DNA of 64,000 bases from Aquiflexum sp. (GTDB taxonomy: Bacteria; Bacteroidota; Bacteroidia; Cytophagales; Cyclobacteriaceae): the NCBI RefSeq assembly GCF_041749095.1, contig NZ_JBGTCA010000019.1, positions 22 through 64,021 of the forward strand, in the 5' to 3' direction. The position numbers were made by a program, and so were the translations under genes. Below the pieces are notes generated by a model that worked only from the letters and a program-made list of their open reading frames with translations, searched no databases and was not told where the DNA came from. The stretch's first letter is position 1; every line of letters starts with the position of its first letter. This document shows, piece by piece, positions 29,646 through 41,106 of the stretch.

Positions 29646-30884
29646 ATGAAGAACAAACTTCAGGACATTGCCATCCTAGACTTCTACCAAAATAAGAACA
29701 GAATCAAATGGCTTATTTTTATCAGTTCTGTTATAATAAGTTTCGGATCAATTTATTATACCAATCTACTTGTTGAGGAATTGAAAGAGAGGGAAAGAAG
29801 ACAGATTGAATTGTTTGCAATAGCCCTGGAATATGCCTCGGTCAATACCGATGCACTCAGCTTCATCAATGAAGAGATCATCAAGCAAAACAATTCCATT
29901 CCTGTTATTATTGTCGATTTGGATGGAAACGCAATTGAAAATAGAAATATAAAATTCAAGAAAAACGCAGATCCTGAAGAGATTGAAAAAGTTATTCAAA
30001 AAGAACTTGAAAAAATGAAGGCAGAGTACGAACCCATCCTGATAGAGGATTCTTTTTTGGTATATTATCGAAATTCTGAATTGCTGACTTCACTGAAATA
30101 CTATCCTTATGTTCAATTAGCAGTAATCCTTGTATTTGGGGCATTGGCCTATGCTGTTTTTAATCAATCCAAGATTGCTGAACAAAACCGGGTCTGGGCC
30201 GGGCTTACCAAAGAGACCGCACATCAACTTGGTACACCGATAGCCTCTTTGATGGCATGGATAGATTATCTCCGAAATTCACCTGTTTGGGAAGAAAATA
30301 AGGAGGTGATCAAAGAAATGGACAAAGATGTGGTCAAACTCCGCATGGTGACAGAAAGGTTCAGTTCCATAGGCAGCACCCCTTCCATTCAACCTGAAAA
30401 TGTATTTTCAGTTGTAGATGAGGCCATTAACTACCTAAGGCCACGTATTTCGACCAAGGTGAAAATGAAAGTTAACGGATATGCCAATAACATCGAGGCC
30501 ATGTTGAACAAGCCGCTTTTTGAATGGGTAATAGAAAATCTTTGTAAAAATGCAGTGGACGCCATGAAAGGACAAGGAGAAATCTCCATAGATATCGTCA
30601 AAGAAAGCGAGCGCTACGTATTTGTGGACATTACAGATTCCGGTAAAGGGATGGAAAAGAACATGTATAAAAAAGTTTTTAACCCGGGTTTCACTACCCG
30701 GCAAAGAGGTTGGGGTCTCGGACTGACTTTGGCAAAAAGAATCATAGAAGGATACCATAATGGTAAAATATTTGTAAAAAATTCAGAACCCGGCAAAGGC
30801 ACAACATTCCGGATTGTGCTTAATGGAACCAAAGAGGGGATTACCAAATTCAGGCGGGAAGATTTTTTGGAACATAAAGCTTAA
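29646..30884 (+). CDS. sensor histidine kinase (two TM segments, HisKA + HATPase_c)
   Basis: H-box ETAHQLGTPIASL, N-box ENLCKNAVDA, G-boxes DSGKGM and GWGLGL. There is no adjacent response regulator. Confidence 0.8.
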   Translation: MKNKLQDIAILDFYQNKNRIKWLIFISSVIISFGSIYYTNLLVEELKERERRQIELFAIALEYASVNTDALSFINEEIIKQNNSIPVIIVDLDGNAIENRNIKFKKNADPEEIEKVIQKELEKMKAEYEPILIEDSFLVYYRNSELLTSLKYYPYVQLAVILVFGALAYAVFNQSKIAEQNRVWAGLTKETAHQLGTPIASLMAWIDYLRNSPVWEENKEVIKEMDKDVVKLRMVTERFSSIGSTPSIQPENVFSVVDEAINYLRPRISTKVKMKVNGYANNIEAMLNKPLFEWVIENLCKNAVDAMKGQGEISIDIVKESERYVFVDITDSGKGMEKNMYKKVFNPGFTTRQRGWGLGLTLAKRIIEGYHNGKIFVKNSEPGKGTTFRIVLNGTKEGITKFRREDFLEHKA

Positions 30885-30965
30885 TCAAGAGAATTTGACA
30901 AAGTCCATTAACTTATGTGACATTGATTAATGTTTCATAACCTTCCAACCTATAAATTAAAACCT

Positions 30966-30973
30966 TACCTTTG
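30966..30973 (+). promoter_or_regulatory. candidate -7 box TACCTTTG upstream of prfC
   Basis: Exact match, 33 nt upstream of the ATG at 31006. Confidence 0.3.
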
Positions 30974-31005
30974 CAGGCTGAAAAATTACAGAATCAGTAA
31001 AATAC

Positions 31006-32586
31006 ATGAGCCTGAACAAAGAAATACAAAAGAGGAGGACTTTTGCCATTATTGCCCACCCGGATGCCGGGAAGACGACATTGACCGAAAAATTATTGCT
31101 TTTTGGTGGTGCAATCCAAACTGCCGGAGCTGTCAAATCCAATAAAATAGATACTGCCACCAAATCCGACTGGATGGAGATAGAAAAACAAAGAGGTATC
31201 TCTGTGGCTACTTCTGTGATGGGATTTGAGTACAAAGGAGTCAAAATCAATTTATTGGATACTCCCGGACACCAGGATTTTGCAGAGGATACATACAGGA
31301 CTTTGACTGCGGTGGATTCAGTCATTATGGTGATCGACTGCGTGAAAGGTGTTGAAATCCAGACCGAAAAACTCATGGAAGTCTGCAGGATGAGAAATAC
31401 TCCTGTCATTTGTTTTATCAATAAACTTGACCGTGAAGGCCGGGATCCCTATGAGTTGTTGGATGAAGTGGAAGAAAAACTGAATATACAAGTAAGGCCA
31501 TTATCATGGCCGATAGGTATGGGAAAAGGCTTCAAGGGTGTGTATAATCTGTATGATAAAAAACTGAATCTTTTTACACCCAGCCAAAGAAAATTAAGTG
31601 ATGCAAGGGAGACTTTTGATAACCTTGACGACGAAAAGTTGGATAACCTGATCGGAACAAATAACGCTAATCAGCTTCGGGAGGATGTGGAATTAATAGA
31701 AGGTGTTTATCCTGAATTTGATCCAAAAGAATATTTGGAAGGAAAGATTGCTCCGGTATTTTTTGGCTCAGCAGTGAATAATTTCGGTGTAAATGAAATG
31801 CTGGATACATTCATCAAAATTGCACCGACCCCTAAAAGCAGACATACCGAAGAAAGAGAAGTATTGCCTGATGAGCCTAAATTTTCAGGGTTTGTATTCA
31901 AAATCCATGCAAATATGGATCCCAACCATAGAAATAGAATTGCTTTCCTAAGAATCTGTTCAGGTAAGTTTGAGAGAAATAAACCATATAACCATGTCCG
32001 CGGACCAAAACCTTTGCGGTTTTCCAATGTGACACAATTTATGGCCCAAGACAGAGAAATAGTGGATGAGGCATTTCCGGGAGACATTGTAGGTCTTTTT
32101 GACACAGGGAATCTCAAAATCGGGGACACCCTCACAGAAGGGGAAAACATGACCTTCAAAGGAATTCCCAGCTTTTCCCCTGAAATCTTCAAAGAAGTCA
32201 TCAACAAAGACGCCATGAAAACCAAGCAATTGGAAAAAGGCCTGAAACAGCTGATGGAAGAAGGAGTCGCCCAGTATTTCACCTATGAAATGGGAAACAG
32301 AAAGGTTGTAGGAACAGTGGGCCAATTGCAGTTTGAGGTTATCCAATTCAGGTTGAAAAATGAATACAATGCTTCAGTAGAGTTTGCTCCCATGAACCTA
32401 TACAAAGCATGCTGGATCAGCAGTAAAGATAAAAAACAGTTGGATGAATTTGTGAGGTCAAAAAACCGGCATATTGCATATGATAAGGACGGGAAACTGG
32501 TCTTTATGGCCGAATCCAAATCCTGGCTTCAAATGGTTCAGGAAAACTATCCTGAAATTGAATTCCATTTCACTTCAGAGTTTTAA
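31006..32586 (+). CDS. prfC: peptide chain release factor 3
   Basis: [33 protein letters not shown] and NKLDR motifs, 526 aa. Confidence 0.95.
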   Translation: MSLNKEIQKRRTFAIIAHPDAGKTTLTEKLLLFGGAIQTAGAVKSNKIDTATKSDWMEIEKQRGISVATSVMGFEYKGVKINLLDTPGHQDFAEDTYRTLTAVDSVIMVIDCVKGVEIQTEKLMEVCRMRNTPVICFINKLDREGRDPYELLDEVEEKLNIQVRPLSWPIGMGKGFKGVYNLYDKKLNLFTPSQRKLSDARETFDNLDDEKLDNLIGTNNANQLREDVELIEGVYPEFDPKEYLEGKIAPVFFGSAVNNFGVNEMLDTFIKIAPTPKSRHTEEREVLPDEPKFSGFVFKIHANMDPNHRNRIAFLRICSGKFERNKPYNHVRGPKPLRFSNVTQFMAQDREIVDEAFPGDIVGLFDTGNLKIGDTLTEGENMTFKGIPSFSPEIFKEVINKDAMKTKQLEKGLKQLMEEGVAQYFTYEMGNRKVVGTVGQLQFEVIQFRLKNEYNASVEFAPMNLYKACWISSKDKKQLDEFVRSKNRHIAYDKDGKLVFMAESKSWLQMVQENYPEIEFHFTSEF

Positions 32587-33512
32587 TTTTCATCCAATTC
32601 TTTCTTTTCATTCGTTGTATTAGAATACAACACGGCAATCGGCTTGGCCTTTATTTCATGCCCGCGTTGTATTGCATAAGCTTTCGTGAGTTCTCCGCAC
32701 AGGAATAAGATCACAGAACTGTAAAATATCCATAGTAGGATGATGACCAAAGAGCCTGCTGCTGAGTAATAATCATTGAGGTCAAGATTGGAAATGATAA
32801 GGTTAATCACTCTGGTTCCGATCAAAAACAGGACTGTAGTAATGATGCCCCCTGCGATGGCATCTCTCCATTGAACAATGACATCAGGCAGCGTTTTGTG
32901 GACTATGGTGAAAAACAGCATCACTACGGAGAAATTGAAGATCATTCTAGCAGAGCCAAATACGATAGATTCAACAGCCTCAGGTAAAATTCCTGTGGCC
33001 ACATTTGAAAGGTAAGCCAGAAGTATTTCTACAAAAAGTGTCAAGACCATCAAAAAACCCAAGCCGAGTACAAATAGCAAGGGGATAGTGCGATATTTTG
33101 CAATTTTCCAAAAACTGACACCTTTCTTGAGTTGTACTTTCCAGATGGAGTTCAAAGCTTTTTGCAGTATTCCGAAGATCATGGTGGCACTTTTGAAAAT
33201 AACCAATATGGCAATAATGATGTAAAGAGCAGAGTCCGGTAAATCCATCACGTTGCTCAAAACCTGACGTACCTGTTCTGCAGCATCTGAATCCACGTTA
33301 CTTTCTATTTGGCTGACAATTTCATCCTTGATTTCCGCCTTTTTAAAAAACAAATTCCCTATAGTAACAATGACAATTAAAATAGCGGGTAAGGAAAACA
33401 AGGTGAAAAATGCGATAGCAGCACTGTATATGATAGGTTGGTCCTGGCCAATAAAGCCCCATGTCTTCTTAAGAATTCCAATGGTGTCGTGATATGTCTT
33501 TTTCAGTTTCAT
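32583..33512 (-). CDS. YihY/BrkB family membrane protein
   Basis: 309 aa with about 6 TM segments. The N-terminal [13 protein letters not shown] motif is typical of the family. It converges on and overlaps prfC by 4 nt. Confidence 0.7.
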   Translation of the reverse strand: MKLKKTYHDTIGILKKTWGFIGQDQPIIYSAAIAFFTLFSLPAILIVIVTIGNLFFKKAEIKDEIVSQIESNVDSDAAEQVRQVLSNVMDLPDSALYIIIAILVIFKSATMIFGILQKALNSIWKVQLKKGVSFWKIAKYRTIPLLFVLGLGFLMVLTLFVEILLAYLSNVATGILPEAVESIVFGSARMIFNFSVVMLFFTIVHKTLPDVIVQWRDAIAGGIITTVLFLIGTRVINLIISNLDLNDYYSAAGSLVIILLWIFYSSVILFLCGELTKAYAIQRGHEIKAKPIAVLYSNTTNEKKELDEN

Positions 33513-33631
33513 CGAATTAGGTATCTTAGGTCAATTCAATTATTTTATATCCTTTTGCAGTTTTAACTTGGACATGCCCCTTAATTTAACATAAAAATTA
33601 AATAAGACCCCGAGGTCTCTAATTAATAAAA

Positions 33632-33639
33632 TATCTTTG
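33632..33639 (+). promoter_or_regulatory. candidate -7 box TATCTTTG upstream of the pseudouridine synthase gene
   Basis: Exact match, 23 nt upstream of the ATG at 33662. Confidence 0.3.
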
Positions 33640-33661
33640 TGACCAAATCTGTAAAATTAAA

Positions 33662-34396
33662 ATGAAAAATAAACCTTTTTCTGTTGTCTATGAGGACAAC
33701 CATCTTTTGATAGTGAATAAAGCTGCCGGAATCCTTGTCCAAGGAGATAAAACAGGCGATAAAACACTTACGGATTATTGTAGAGATTATATAGCCAACA
33801 AATACAATAAGCCGGGAGCGGTGTTCCTTCACCCCGTTCATAGATTGGATAGGCCTGTAAGTGGTCTGGTTGCTTTTGCCCGAACTTCTAAAGGCTTGGA
33901 AAGAATGATGGAGCTTTTCCGCAAACGGGAAATCCACAAAGTCTATTGGGCGATTGTCAAAAGCAAACCCAAAGAGGAAATTGGAAAATTGACACACTAT
34001 CTTGTTAAAGATGAACAACGCAATGTGGTGACTGCTTATGAAAAAGAGGTAGAAGGTTCGCAGAAAGCCGAACTGAATTACAAAAGAATGGGCAAACTCA
34101 ATGACCATTGGCTTGTAGAGGTCAGGCCAGTTTCAGGACGTCCACACCAAATAAGAGTTCAACTTTCCAGTATGGGCTGCCCTATCCGGGGAGATTTGAA
34201 ATATGGTTTTTCCAAAGCAAATCCTGATGCCAGCATTAATCTGCACGCTTTTCATTTGGTATTTGTCCACCCGATCAAAAAAGAAAAACTTTATCTGAGG
34301 GCTGCTTTGCCGGAAGAACCATTTTGGGAACAGTATCTCGAATTTGAGCCTCACAAGGGGAAAGATCAGCATATTGATAATAGTTATAGTGGCTAA
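33662..34396 (+). CDS. RluA-family pseudouridine synthase (no S4 domain)
   Basis: Catalytic HRLDRPVSGL motif and GRPHQIRVQL, 244 aa. Confidence 0.85.
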   Translation: MKNKPFSVVYEDNHLLIVNKAAGILVQGDKTGDKTLTDYCRDYIANKYNKPGAVFLHPVHRLDRPVSGLVAFARTSKGLERMMELFRKREIHKVYWAIVKSKPKEEIGKLTHYLVKDEQRNVVTAYEKEVEGSQKAELNYKRMGKLNDHWLVEVRPVSGRPHQIRVQLSSMGCPIRGDLKYGFSKANPDASINLHAFHLVFVHPIKKEKLYLRAALPEEPFWEQYLEFEPHKGKDQHIDNSYSG

Positions 34397-34434
34397 ATGT
34401 TGAATAAAAGCCATTTTTTTATTTAATTTAAGGT

Positions 34435-35004
34435 ATGGTTACGGTGAAAATGATATTGAAGAGTATTTTGGTTTTATTTTTTGCTGTTCCTATCTGCATG
34501 GCCCAAACCGGCAAACCTCAAAAATCCGGGTTTCCCTTTGAAAGGGAACATGCTCTGAGAAAACAGGGGCCTGCGATTGGTAACAATTTTCCATTGGTAG
34601 ATTACCTTTCTCTGGATTGGGAACTGATTCCTGTAGAATCTTTGAAGAACAAAACCCTGGTCATCAAGATCTGGTATGTGGGATGTAAAGGCTGTAAGCA
34701 GGAAAATCCTTTTTTGTCTAAGCTGACAAATTCTTTAATGGAAAATGATGATGTTTTATTTTTAAGTTATTCTATGAGCCATGAGGATAAGACCAGAAAA
34801 TACTTTGATAAAAACGGCGATTTCGGTTATGAAACCATGCTTATGAAAAAAGCAGAGGTAGAAAACAAATTCAATGTGGCTACCTCCCCTACCCATTTTA
34901 TCATCAAAAACGGAGTCCTCATTGAAAAATTTACTTATCCGGTCGCCGATGAATCCATTTTCAATTGGTATCAAAACAGAATTCTTGAAATCAGTAAGAT
35001 GTAG
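34435..35004 (+). CDS. TlpA/thioredoxin-like secreted redoxin
   Basis: Signal peptide and a WYVGCKGCKQE CxxC motif in a thioredoxin-fold context. Confidence 0.6.
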   Translation: MVTVKMILKSILVLFFAVPICMAQTGKPQKSGFPFEREHALRKQGPAIGNNFPLVDYLSLDWELIPVESLKNKTLVIKIWYVGCKGCKQENPFLSKLTNSLMENDDVLFLSYSMSHEDKTRKYFDKNGDFGYETMLMKKAEVENKFNVATSPTHFIIKNGVLIEKFTYPVADESIFNWYQNRILEISKM

Positions 35005-35125
35005 AGGGTAAGTGTTAATTTAATTTTTATTTCTTCAATTCACCATACTTTTTTGATACTTTGGAAACCAAACCAACTCCGATTTTGGTCATTCAATAAT
35101 TTACATCCTCAATTTCTATTTCAAA

Positions 35126-35626
35126 ATGAAGAAATATCTATTTATCATTATTTTACTGATTAAAGTATTTTCCTGTAGCACCGGTCAAGAACCAAAAACA
35201 ATCTACATCGTTCGCCATGCCGAAAAAATATTGGTAGGAGACGATCCTGAATTGAACGTGGCGGGAACCGCTAGGGCAACAAAACTTGCCCAAATTCTTG
35301 AAAATGAAGACATTCAACATATTTACAGCACCAATACCATCAGGACTAAGGCAACAGTTCAGCCATTAGCCGACAAACTAGGCCTTTCTATCGAAATATA
35401 TGATGTCAATAAGCATGATGACCTTGTAAATGATCTGAGGATGCGAAAAGGTGATGCAGTGGTGGTCGGACACAGCAATACCATTCATCATCTGGTCAAC
35501 TATTTTGTGGGTTCAGGTGAAAAATACCCGGAACTTGATGACATTGAATATAATTTTATTTTCGTGGTGACTCTATCAAAAGACGGAAGTTCCGAAGTAA
35601 ACAGAAAGTTGTACAAAGACTTTTAA
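35126..35626 (+). CDS. histidine phosphatase family (SixA/PGM-like) lipoprotein
   Basis: Lipobox (VFSC), the RHAEK catalytic motif (IYIVRHAEK) and VVGHSNT. Confidence 0.6.
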   Translation: MKKYLFIIILLIKVFSCSTGQEPKTIYIVRHAEKILVGDDPELNVAGTARATKLAQILENEDIQHIYSTNTIRTKATVQPLADKLGLSIEIYDVNKHDDLVNDLRMRKGDAVVVGHSNTIHHLVNYFVGSGEKYPELDDIEYNFIFVVTLSKDGSSEVNRKLYKDF

Positions 35627-35709
35627 ATAGAGTGATTTGTAATAATTCATATTGATCCGATTTTATTCTGATGATTTTTTTGATATCTTGAAAAGAAAAA
35701 TTTTTCTCT

Positions 35710-37278
35710 ATGAATAGGTCAGTAAGCCTTAAGAGGTTAAAAGAAAATCAGGAAAAAATTTGGGATATTGCTGTTATAGGAGGCGGTGCCTCTGGATTTG
35801 GTGTAGCATTGGATGCCTTATCAAGGGGACTTTCCGTAGTTTTATTGGACAAGTCAGATTTTGCAAAAGGCACATCCAGCAGAAGTACGAAATTGCTGCA
35901 TGGTGGTGTCCGCTACCTGGCACAGGGAGATGTTGGATTGGTTTTTGAAGCACTGAAGGAAAGGGGAAGACTTTTGTCCAATGCACCCCACCTTACCTAC
36001 AACCAACCATTCATCATACCAATCTATACTTGGTTTGACAGAATTCAATACAGTGCAGGTCTGAAGATTTATGATTGGATGGCAGGTAAATTGAGGTTGG
36101 GCAAATCCAGATTTATCAATAAAAAAGAAACCATTGCCAGACTTCCCCAGATCAAACAGGATGGATTAAAAGGGGGCGTAGTATATCATGACGGTCAGTT
36201 TGATGATGCAAGAATGGTCATTGCCATAGCCCGGACCTGTGATGAATTGGGCGGATGCGTAATCAATTATGCCAAGGTAACAGGCCTGACCAAGGATGGT
36301 AATGGTAAAGTAAACGGATTGATGTTCAGTGACGAAATTGAGGATAATCACTTCCAAATCAAAGCAAAAATGGTAGTCAATGCCACCGGTGTTTTTGCGG
36401 ATAAAATCCTCCAAATGGATCAGCCAGGAGTCAAAAAAAGCATTCAACCCAGTCAGGGTATCCATCTTGTATTTGACCAATCTTTTTTGGGCGGCAAAGA
36501 TGCGCTGATGATCCCAAAAACCTCAGATGGCAGGGTACTTTTTGCTGTACCATGGCATGGAAAACTGGTAATTGGAACTACGGATACCTTGGTGGACAAG
36601 GCCAAACTGGAACCTGAAGCCTTGGAGAAAGAAATAAACTTCGTATTGGAAACCGCGCAGGCATACCTGGCCAAAAGACCAATGAGATCGGACGTCTTGT
36701 CGGTCTTTGCAGGATTGAGGCCATTGGCTGCCCCCAAAGAAGATGGGGCAAAAACCAAAGAGATTTCAAGAAGTCATAAAGTAATTGTTTCTGAATCCAA
36801 ACTGGTCACCATCACCGGTGGAAAATGGACCACTTTCAGAAAAATGGGAGAGGATACTGTGGACTATTTTTCCGAAGTCACAGGAGAATCCATGAAAGCC
36901 AGCAAATCAGCAAACCAGAAACTTCATGGATATACAAAAAATCCGCAGGATGGGCACATGTCTGTATATGGCTCAGATGCATCCCAGATTAAATCCATGA
37001 TCAAAGACCATCCTGAATGGGCAGAAAAATTACACCCAAATCACCCCTATACAGTGGCAGAACTGATATGGATGGTGAGAAACGAAATGGCTGTGAAGCT
37101 TGAAGACATCATGTCACGAAGATTCAGAATTATGCTCCTGGATGCCAAAGCAGCAAAAGAGATGGGGCCAAAAGCAGCAAAAATTATGGCCAAAGAAATG
37201 GGTCAGGACGAGGCCTGGATAGCAGATGAATTGGAAGAATTCGAAAAAACAGTCAATAAATATATCATAACCCAATAA
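35710..37278 (+). CDS. glpD: FAD-dependent glycerol-3-phosphate dehydrogenase
   Basis: [22 protein letters not shown] motif, 522 aa, followed by glpK and glpF. Confidence 0.9.
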   Translation: MNRSVSLKRLKENQEKIWDIAVIGGGASGFGVALDALSRGLSVVLLDKSDFAKGTSSRSTKLLHGGVRYLAQGDVGLVFEALKERGRLLSNAPHLTYNQPFIIPIYTWFDRIQYSAGLKIYDWMAGKLRLGKSRFINKKETIARLPQIKQDGLKGGVVYHDGQFDDARMVIAIARTCDELGGCVINYAKVTGLTKDGNGKVNGLMFSDEIEDNHFQIKAKMVVNATGVFADKILQMDQPGVKKSIQPSQGIHLVFDQSFLGGKDALMIPKTSDGRVLFAVPWHGKLVIGTTDTLVDKAKLEPEALEKEINFVLETAQAYLAKRPMRSDVLSVFAGLRPLAAPKEDGAKTKEISRSHKVIVSESKLVTITGGKWTTFRKMGEDTVDYFSEVTGESMKASKSANQKLHGYTKNPQDGHMSVYGSDASQIKSMIKDHPEWAEKLHPNHPYTVAELIWMVRNEMAVKLEDIMSRRFRIMLLDAKAAKEMGPKAAKIMAKEMGQDEAWIADELEEFEKTVNKYIITQ

Positions 37279-37280
37279 CC

Positions 37281-38780
37281 ATGAGCCAAAAAGAACAATA
37301 CATCATGGCGCTGGACCAAGGAACAACCAGCTCCAGGTCTATTATTTTTAACAAAAAAGGTCAGATCGTCTCTGTAGCTCAGAAAGATTTCAAGCAATTC
37401 TTTCCGAAATCAGGTTGGGTAGAACATGACCCGCAGGAAATCTGGACAAGTCAATCTGCTGTACTGATAGAATCCCTTGCCAATGAAGGCATCAAAGCCG
37501 GTGAAATAGCAGCGATCGGAATTACCAATCAAAGAGAAACTACAATCCTTTGGGACAGAAAAAACGGAAAACCAATATACAATGCCATTGTCTGGCAGGA
37601 CCGCAGAACTTCAGCATATTGTGACAAATTGAAAGCAGAAGGCAAAGCAGAAATGATCGCCTCAAAGACAGGGTTGATCTTAGATGCCTACTTTTCTGCT
37701 ACCAAAATAAAATGGATACTGGACAATGTGGAAGGCGCCCGAGATAAGGCTGAAAAAGGTGAATTGGCTTTTGGTACGGTGGACACATGGCTGGTATGGA
37801 AACTTACCGGCGGGAAACATCACCTTACTGACATTACCAATGCCAGCCGGACGATGGTTTTCAATATCCATAAAAAGGAATGGGACAAAGAGTTGTTGGA
37901 ATTATTTGAAATACCGGAATCTATCCTTCCCGAGGTCAGATCAAGCTCAGAAATCTATGGAGAAACCTCAGGGGACATTCTATCAGTCAAAATTCCTATA
38001 GCAGGAATTGCAGGAGATCAGCAGGCAGCATTATTTGGCCAGCTCTGTACACAATCAGGCATGGCAAAGACAACTTATGGTACAGGTTGCTTTTTGGTAA
38101 TGAACACAGGTGAGAGGCCTGTCAAATCCAATAACAGATTACTGACAACCGTGGCCTGGGAAGTAAATGGGAAAGTGAATTATGCATTGGAAGGTTCGGT
38201 TTTTATAGGTGGAGCGGCCATCCAATGGTTGAGAGATGGTATAGAGTTTTTTGGGCACGCCAAAGACAGTGAAAAATTAGCAATCAGCTTAGAGGACAAT
38301 GATGGAGTTTATTTTGTACCTGCATTGGCAGGACTTGGTGCGCCACATTGGGATCAGGATGCCAGGGGAGCATTTTTTGGTATTACGCGAGGAACGACAA
38401 TTGCACATATGACAAGAGCGGCATTGGAGGCCATCGCTTATCAGGTTCATGATGTACTCAAAGCCATGGAAAAAGACAGTGGTGAACCTACCAAGGAACT
38501 TCGGGTAGATGGCGGTGCCACAGCGAACAACTTCCTGATGCAGTTCCAGGCAGATATCCTGGATTGTAAAATCACCAGACCAAAAATCATCGAAACAACA
38601 GCTATTGGAGCAGCATTTTTGGCCGGATTGGCAGTTGGATTCTGGAAGGATGAAGAAGAACTCAAATCACTATGGGAGGCCGACAAAAGTTTCGAACCAA
38701 AGATGGATAAAGAAAAAATAGAAAAATATTTACATTTTTGGCACAAAGCAGTTGAAAGGTCTAAAAACTGGGTAGAATAA
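37281..38780 (+). CDS. glpK: glycerol kinase
   Basis: [19 protein letters not shown] and TYGTGCF motifs, 499 aa. Confidence 0.95.
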   Translation: MSQKEQYIMALDQGTTSSRSIIFNKKGQIVSVAQKDFKQFFPKSGWVEHDPQEIWTSQSAVLIESLANEGIKAGEIAAIGITNQRETTILWDRKNGKPIYNAIVWQDRRTSAYCDKLKAEGKAEMIASKTGLILDAYFSATKIKWILDNVEGARDKAEKGELAFGTVDTWLVWKLTGGKHHLTDITNASRTMVFNIHKKEWDKELLELFEIPESILPEVRSSSEIYGETSGDILSVKIPIAGIAGDQQAALFGQLCTQSGMAKTTYGTGCFLVMNTGERPVKSNNRLLTTVAWEVNGKVNYALEGSVFIGGAAIQWLRDGIEFFGHAKDSEKLAISLEDNDGVYFVPALAGLGAPHWDQDARGAFFGITRGTTIAHMTRAALEAIAYQVHDVLKAMEKDSGEPTKELRVDGGATANNFLMQFQADILDCKITRPKIIETTAIGAAFLAGLAVGFWKDEEELKSLWEADKSFEPKMDKEKIEKYLHFWHKAVERSKNWVE

Positions 38781-38781
38781 T

Positions 38782-39534
38782 ATGGATGCATTCATAGCAG
38801 AGTTTGTAGGCACCTCCCTATTGATTACCATGGGTTCCGGTGTAGTGGCAAATGTTGTACTCAAAGGCACAAAGGGTAACAACAGCGGATGGATAGTGAT
38901 TACAACCGCTTGGGCATTGGGGGTTTTTATTGGTGTAGTTGTGGCAGGACCTCACAGTGGGGCACATCTCAATCCAGCTGTCAGCGTCGGTTTGGCTATA
39001 GTCGGTTTTTTTGATTGGGCCATGGTTCCAAGTTATGTCCTGGCCCAAATCTTAGGTGCCATGTTTGGTGCCACGATATCCTATTTTATCTACAAAGATC
39101 ATTTTGATGCCACAGAGGATGCTGATCTCAAATTCGCCCCGTTCGGAACGGTGCCGGCAATCAGAAATCTCCCTTCCAACCTATTTTCAGAAATTATCGG
39201 CACATCAGTTTTAATCATTGTGATCCTTTATTCAACAGACCCTGTTATTACCGATTTTGATGGAAAAGAAGTCCCAATAGGATTGGGAGCATTAGGTGCT
39301 TTGCCTGTGGCATTTTTGGTTTGGGTAATCGGATTATCACTAGGTGGCACTACAGGATACGCAATCAATCCAGCCCGTGATTTTGGCCCCAGACTGATGC
39401 ACCAATTGCTCCCAATCAAAGGAAAAGGGACAAGTGACTGGGCTTACAGTTGGGTACCCATCTTGGGACCAATCATTGGAGCATCAATGGCGGCAGGGAT
39501 TTACTTGTTTTTGGGAGCTGGAGGGATGGTTTGA
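38782..39534 (+). CDS. glpF: MIP-family aquaglyceroporin
   Basis: Two NPA boxes (NPAVS, NPARD), 250 aa. Confidence 0.9.
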   Translation: MDAFIAEFVGTSLLITMGSGVVANVVLKGTKGNNSGWIVITTAWALGVFIGVVVAGPHSGAHLNPAVSVGLAIVGFFDWAMVPSYVLAQILGAMFGATISYFIYKDHFDATEDADLKFAPFGTVPAIRNLPSNLFSEIIGTSVLIIVILYSTDPVITDFDGKEVPIGLGALGALPVAFLVWVIGLSLGGTTGYAINPARDFGPRLMHQLLPIKGKGTSDWAYSWVPILGPIIGASMAAGIYLFLGAGGMV

Positions 39535-39570
39535 ATGGAACGCTGACTGAGCTGATTTTTATCAGTGACA

Positions 39571-39597
39571 ATCTGCTAAATCTGCGTTATCTGCGTT
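39571..39597. repeat. tandem nonamer ATCTGC(T/G)(A/T)(A/T) x3
   Basis: Read directly: atctgctaa atctgcgtt atctgcgtt, 37 nt after the glpF stop. Confidence 0.85.
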
Positions 39598-39694
39598 CAA
39601 TGGAAAAAGAAGCCTCTCAACAAGGATAAAAAAGATGAGTCTTTCACCATATACAAAGGCAACCTAAAGGAAAAAAGGTAATTTTGGGGATTAC

Positions 39695-39727
39695 AACTTT
39701 CCCAAAGTTTCTAACTTTGGGAAAGTT
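39695..39727. terminator. perfect 15-bp palindrome between convergent glpF and acyl-CoA dehydrogenase (possible bidirectional terminator)
   Basis: AACTTTCCCAAAGTT-tct-AACTTTGGGAAAGTT, ending 4 nt before the stop of the minus-strand gene. The T-tails are weak. Confidence 0.45.
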
Positions 39728-39731
39728 TCAA

Positions 39732-40874
39732 TTACTTCAACACCTCCCTTGAAATCACGATCTTCTGAATCTCCGAAGTTCCTTCACCAATGGTACAAAG
39801 CTTAGAATCCCTATAATATTTCTCCACAGGGTAATCCTTGGTAAAGCCATAGCCTCCAAATATCTGCACTGCTTCATTGGATACGCTCACAGCTACTTCT
39901 GAAGCATAGTATTTGGCCTGGGCACCTGCCAAAGTCACTTTTTCTCCCCGGTTCTTAAGGTCTGCAGCTTTGAAGGTCAATAATCTTGCGGCTTCCACTT
40001 GGGTAGCCATATCTGCTAACTTAAAAGAAATCCCCTGGAAACTGTTGATCGGTTTGTTGAATTGATGCCTCTCCTTTGAATATTGGATGGAAGCTTCCAA
40101 AGCCCCCTCGGCTATTCCCAAGGAAAGTGCTGCGATGGATATCCTACCTCCATCCAATATTTTCATGGACTGTATAAACCCATCTCCGACCTCTCCCAAG
40201 ACCTGGCTTTCATGAACCCGGCAATCTTCAAATATCATCTCGGCGGTCTCAGATGCCCGCATTCCGAGCTTGTCTTCTTTTCTGCCGCCTTTAAATCCGG
40301 CAGTTCCTTTTTCAATCACAAATGCCGTCATGCCATGGGAATCTCCGACCTCACCTGTCCTTGCAATCAAAACAGCAACATCACCTGAAACCCCATGGGT
40401 AATAAAGTTCTTGGCTCCATTGATGACATAAAGATCTCCATCCTTTTCAGCGACAGTCCGCATATTGCCCGCATCCGAACCTGTATTGGGTTCAGTCAGA
40501 CCCCAGGCACCCAACGTTTCACAGGTAGCCAGTTTTGGGATATATTTTTTCTTCTGCTCTTCATTGCCAAACATCATGATATGTCCGGAACAAAGGGAAT
40601 TATGGGCTGCCATGGAAAGGCCTACCGATGGATCCAGTTTGGTTAATTCTGCAATGGCAGTCACATATTCCAGATACCCGAAACCCGACCCGCCATACTC
40701 AGTGGGAATAAGTACGCCCATAAGACCAAGTTCACCTAGTTTTTTAAAAAGATCCTTGGGGAAATGTTGGTTGTCATCCCATTCTTTTCTGAAAGGAGTT
40801 ATCTCCTTTGCTCCAAAATCACGGATCATTTGAGCAATCATCACCTGATTTTCATTGAGCTTAAAATTCATCAT
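39732..40874 (-). CDS. acyl-CoA dehydrogenase
   Basis: 380 aa with GLTEPNTGSDAG and a C-terminal YEGTSEIQ-like motif (IGEGTSEIQKIVISR). Confidence 0.9.
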   Translation of the reverse strand: MMNFKLNENQVMIAQMIRDFGAKEITPFRKEWDDNQHFPKDLFKKLGELGLMGVLIPTEYGGSGFGYLEYVTAIAELTKLDPSVGLSMAAHNSLCSGHIMMFGNEEQKKKYIPKLATCETLGAWGLTEPNTGSDAGNMRTVAEKDGDLYVINGAKNFITHGVSGDVAVLIARTGEVGDSHGMTAFVIEKGTAGFKGGRKEDKLGMRASETAEMIFEDCRVHESQVLGEVGDGFIQSMKILDGGRISIAALSLGIAEGALEASIQYSKERHQFNKPINSFQGISFKLADMATQVEAARLLTFKAADLKNRGEKVTLAGAQAKYYASEVAVSVSNEAVQIFGGYGFTKDYPVEKYYRDSKLCTIGEGTSEIQKIVISREVLK

Positions 40875-41106
40875 ACAATACTTCTAATTTAATATTTGGG
40901 TTTATTTTCACTAAAGTACAAACTTCTTTCCTAAGGCAAAGGTTTACAATGATTTACAAGACATAGGACTTATGCTGTCTTTATTTAAATTAGCTCCGGA
41001 ATTGAATTCAGACACCAAGAATATTCAAAATAATTTAAAATAAATATTGAAAATATTGAAATATAATTTCGAATAAAATATTTTTTATTCTTTGCCGAAA
41101 TAGATA

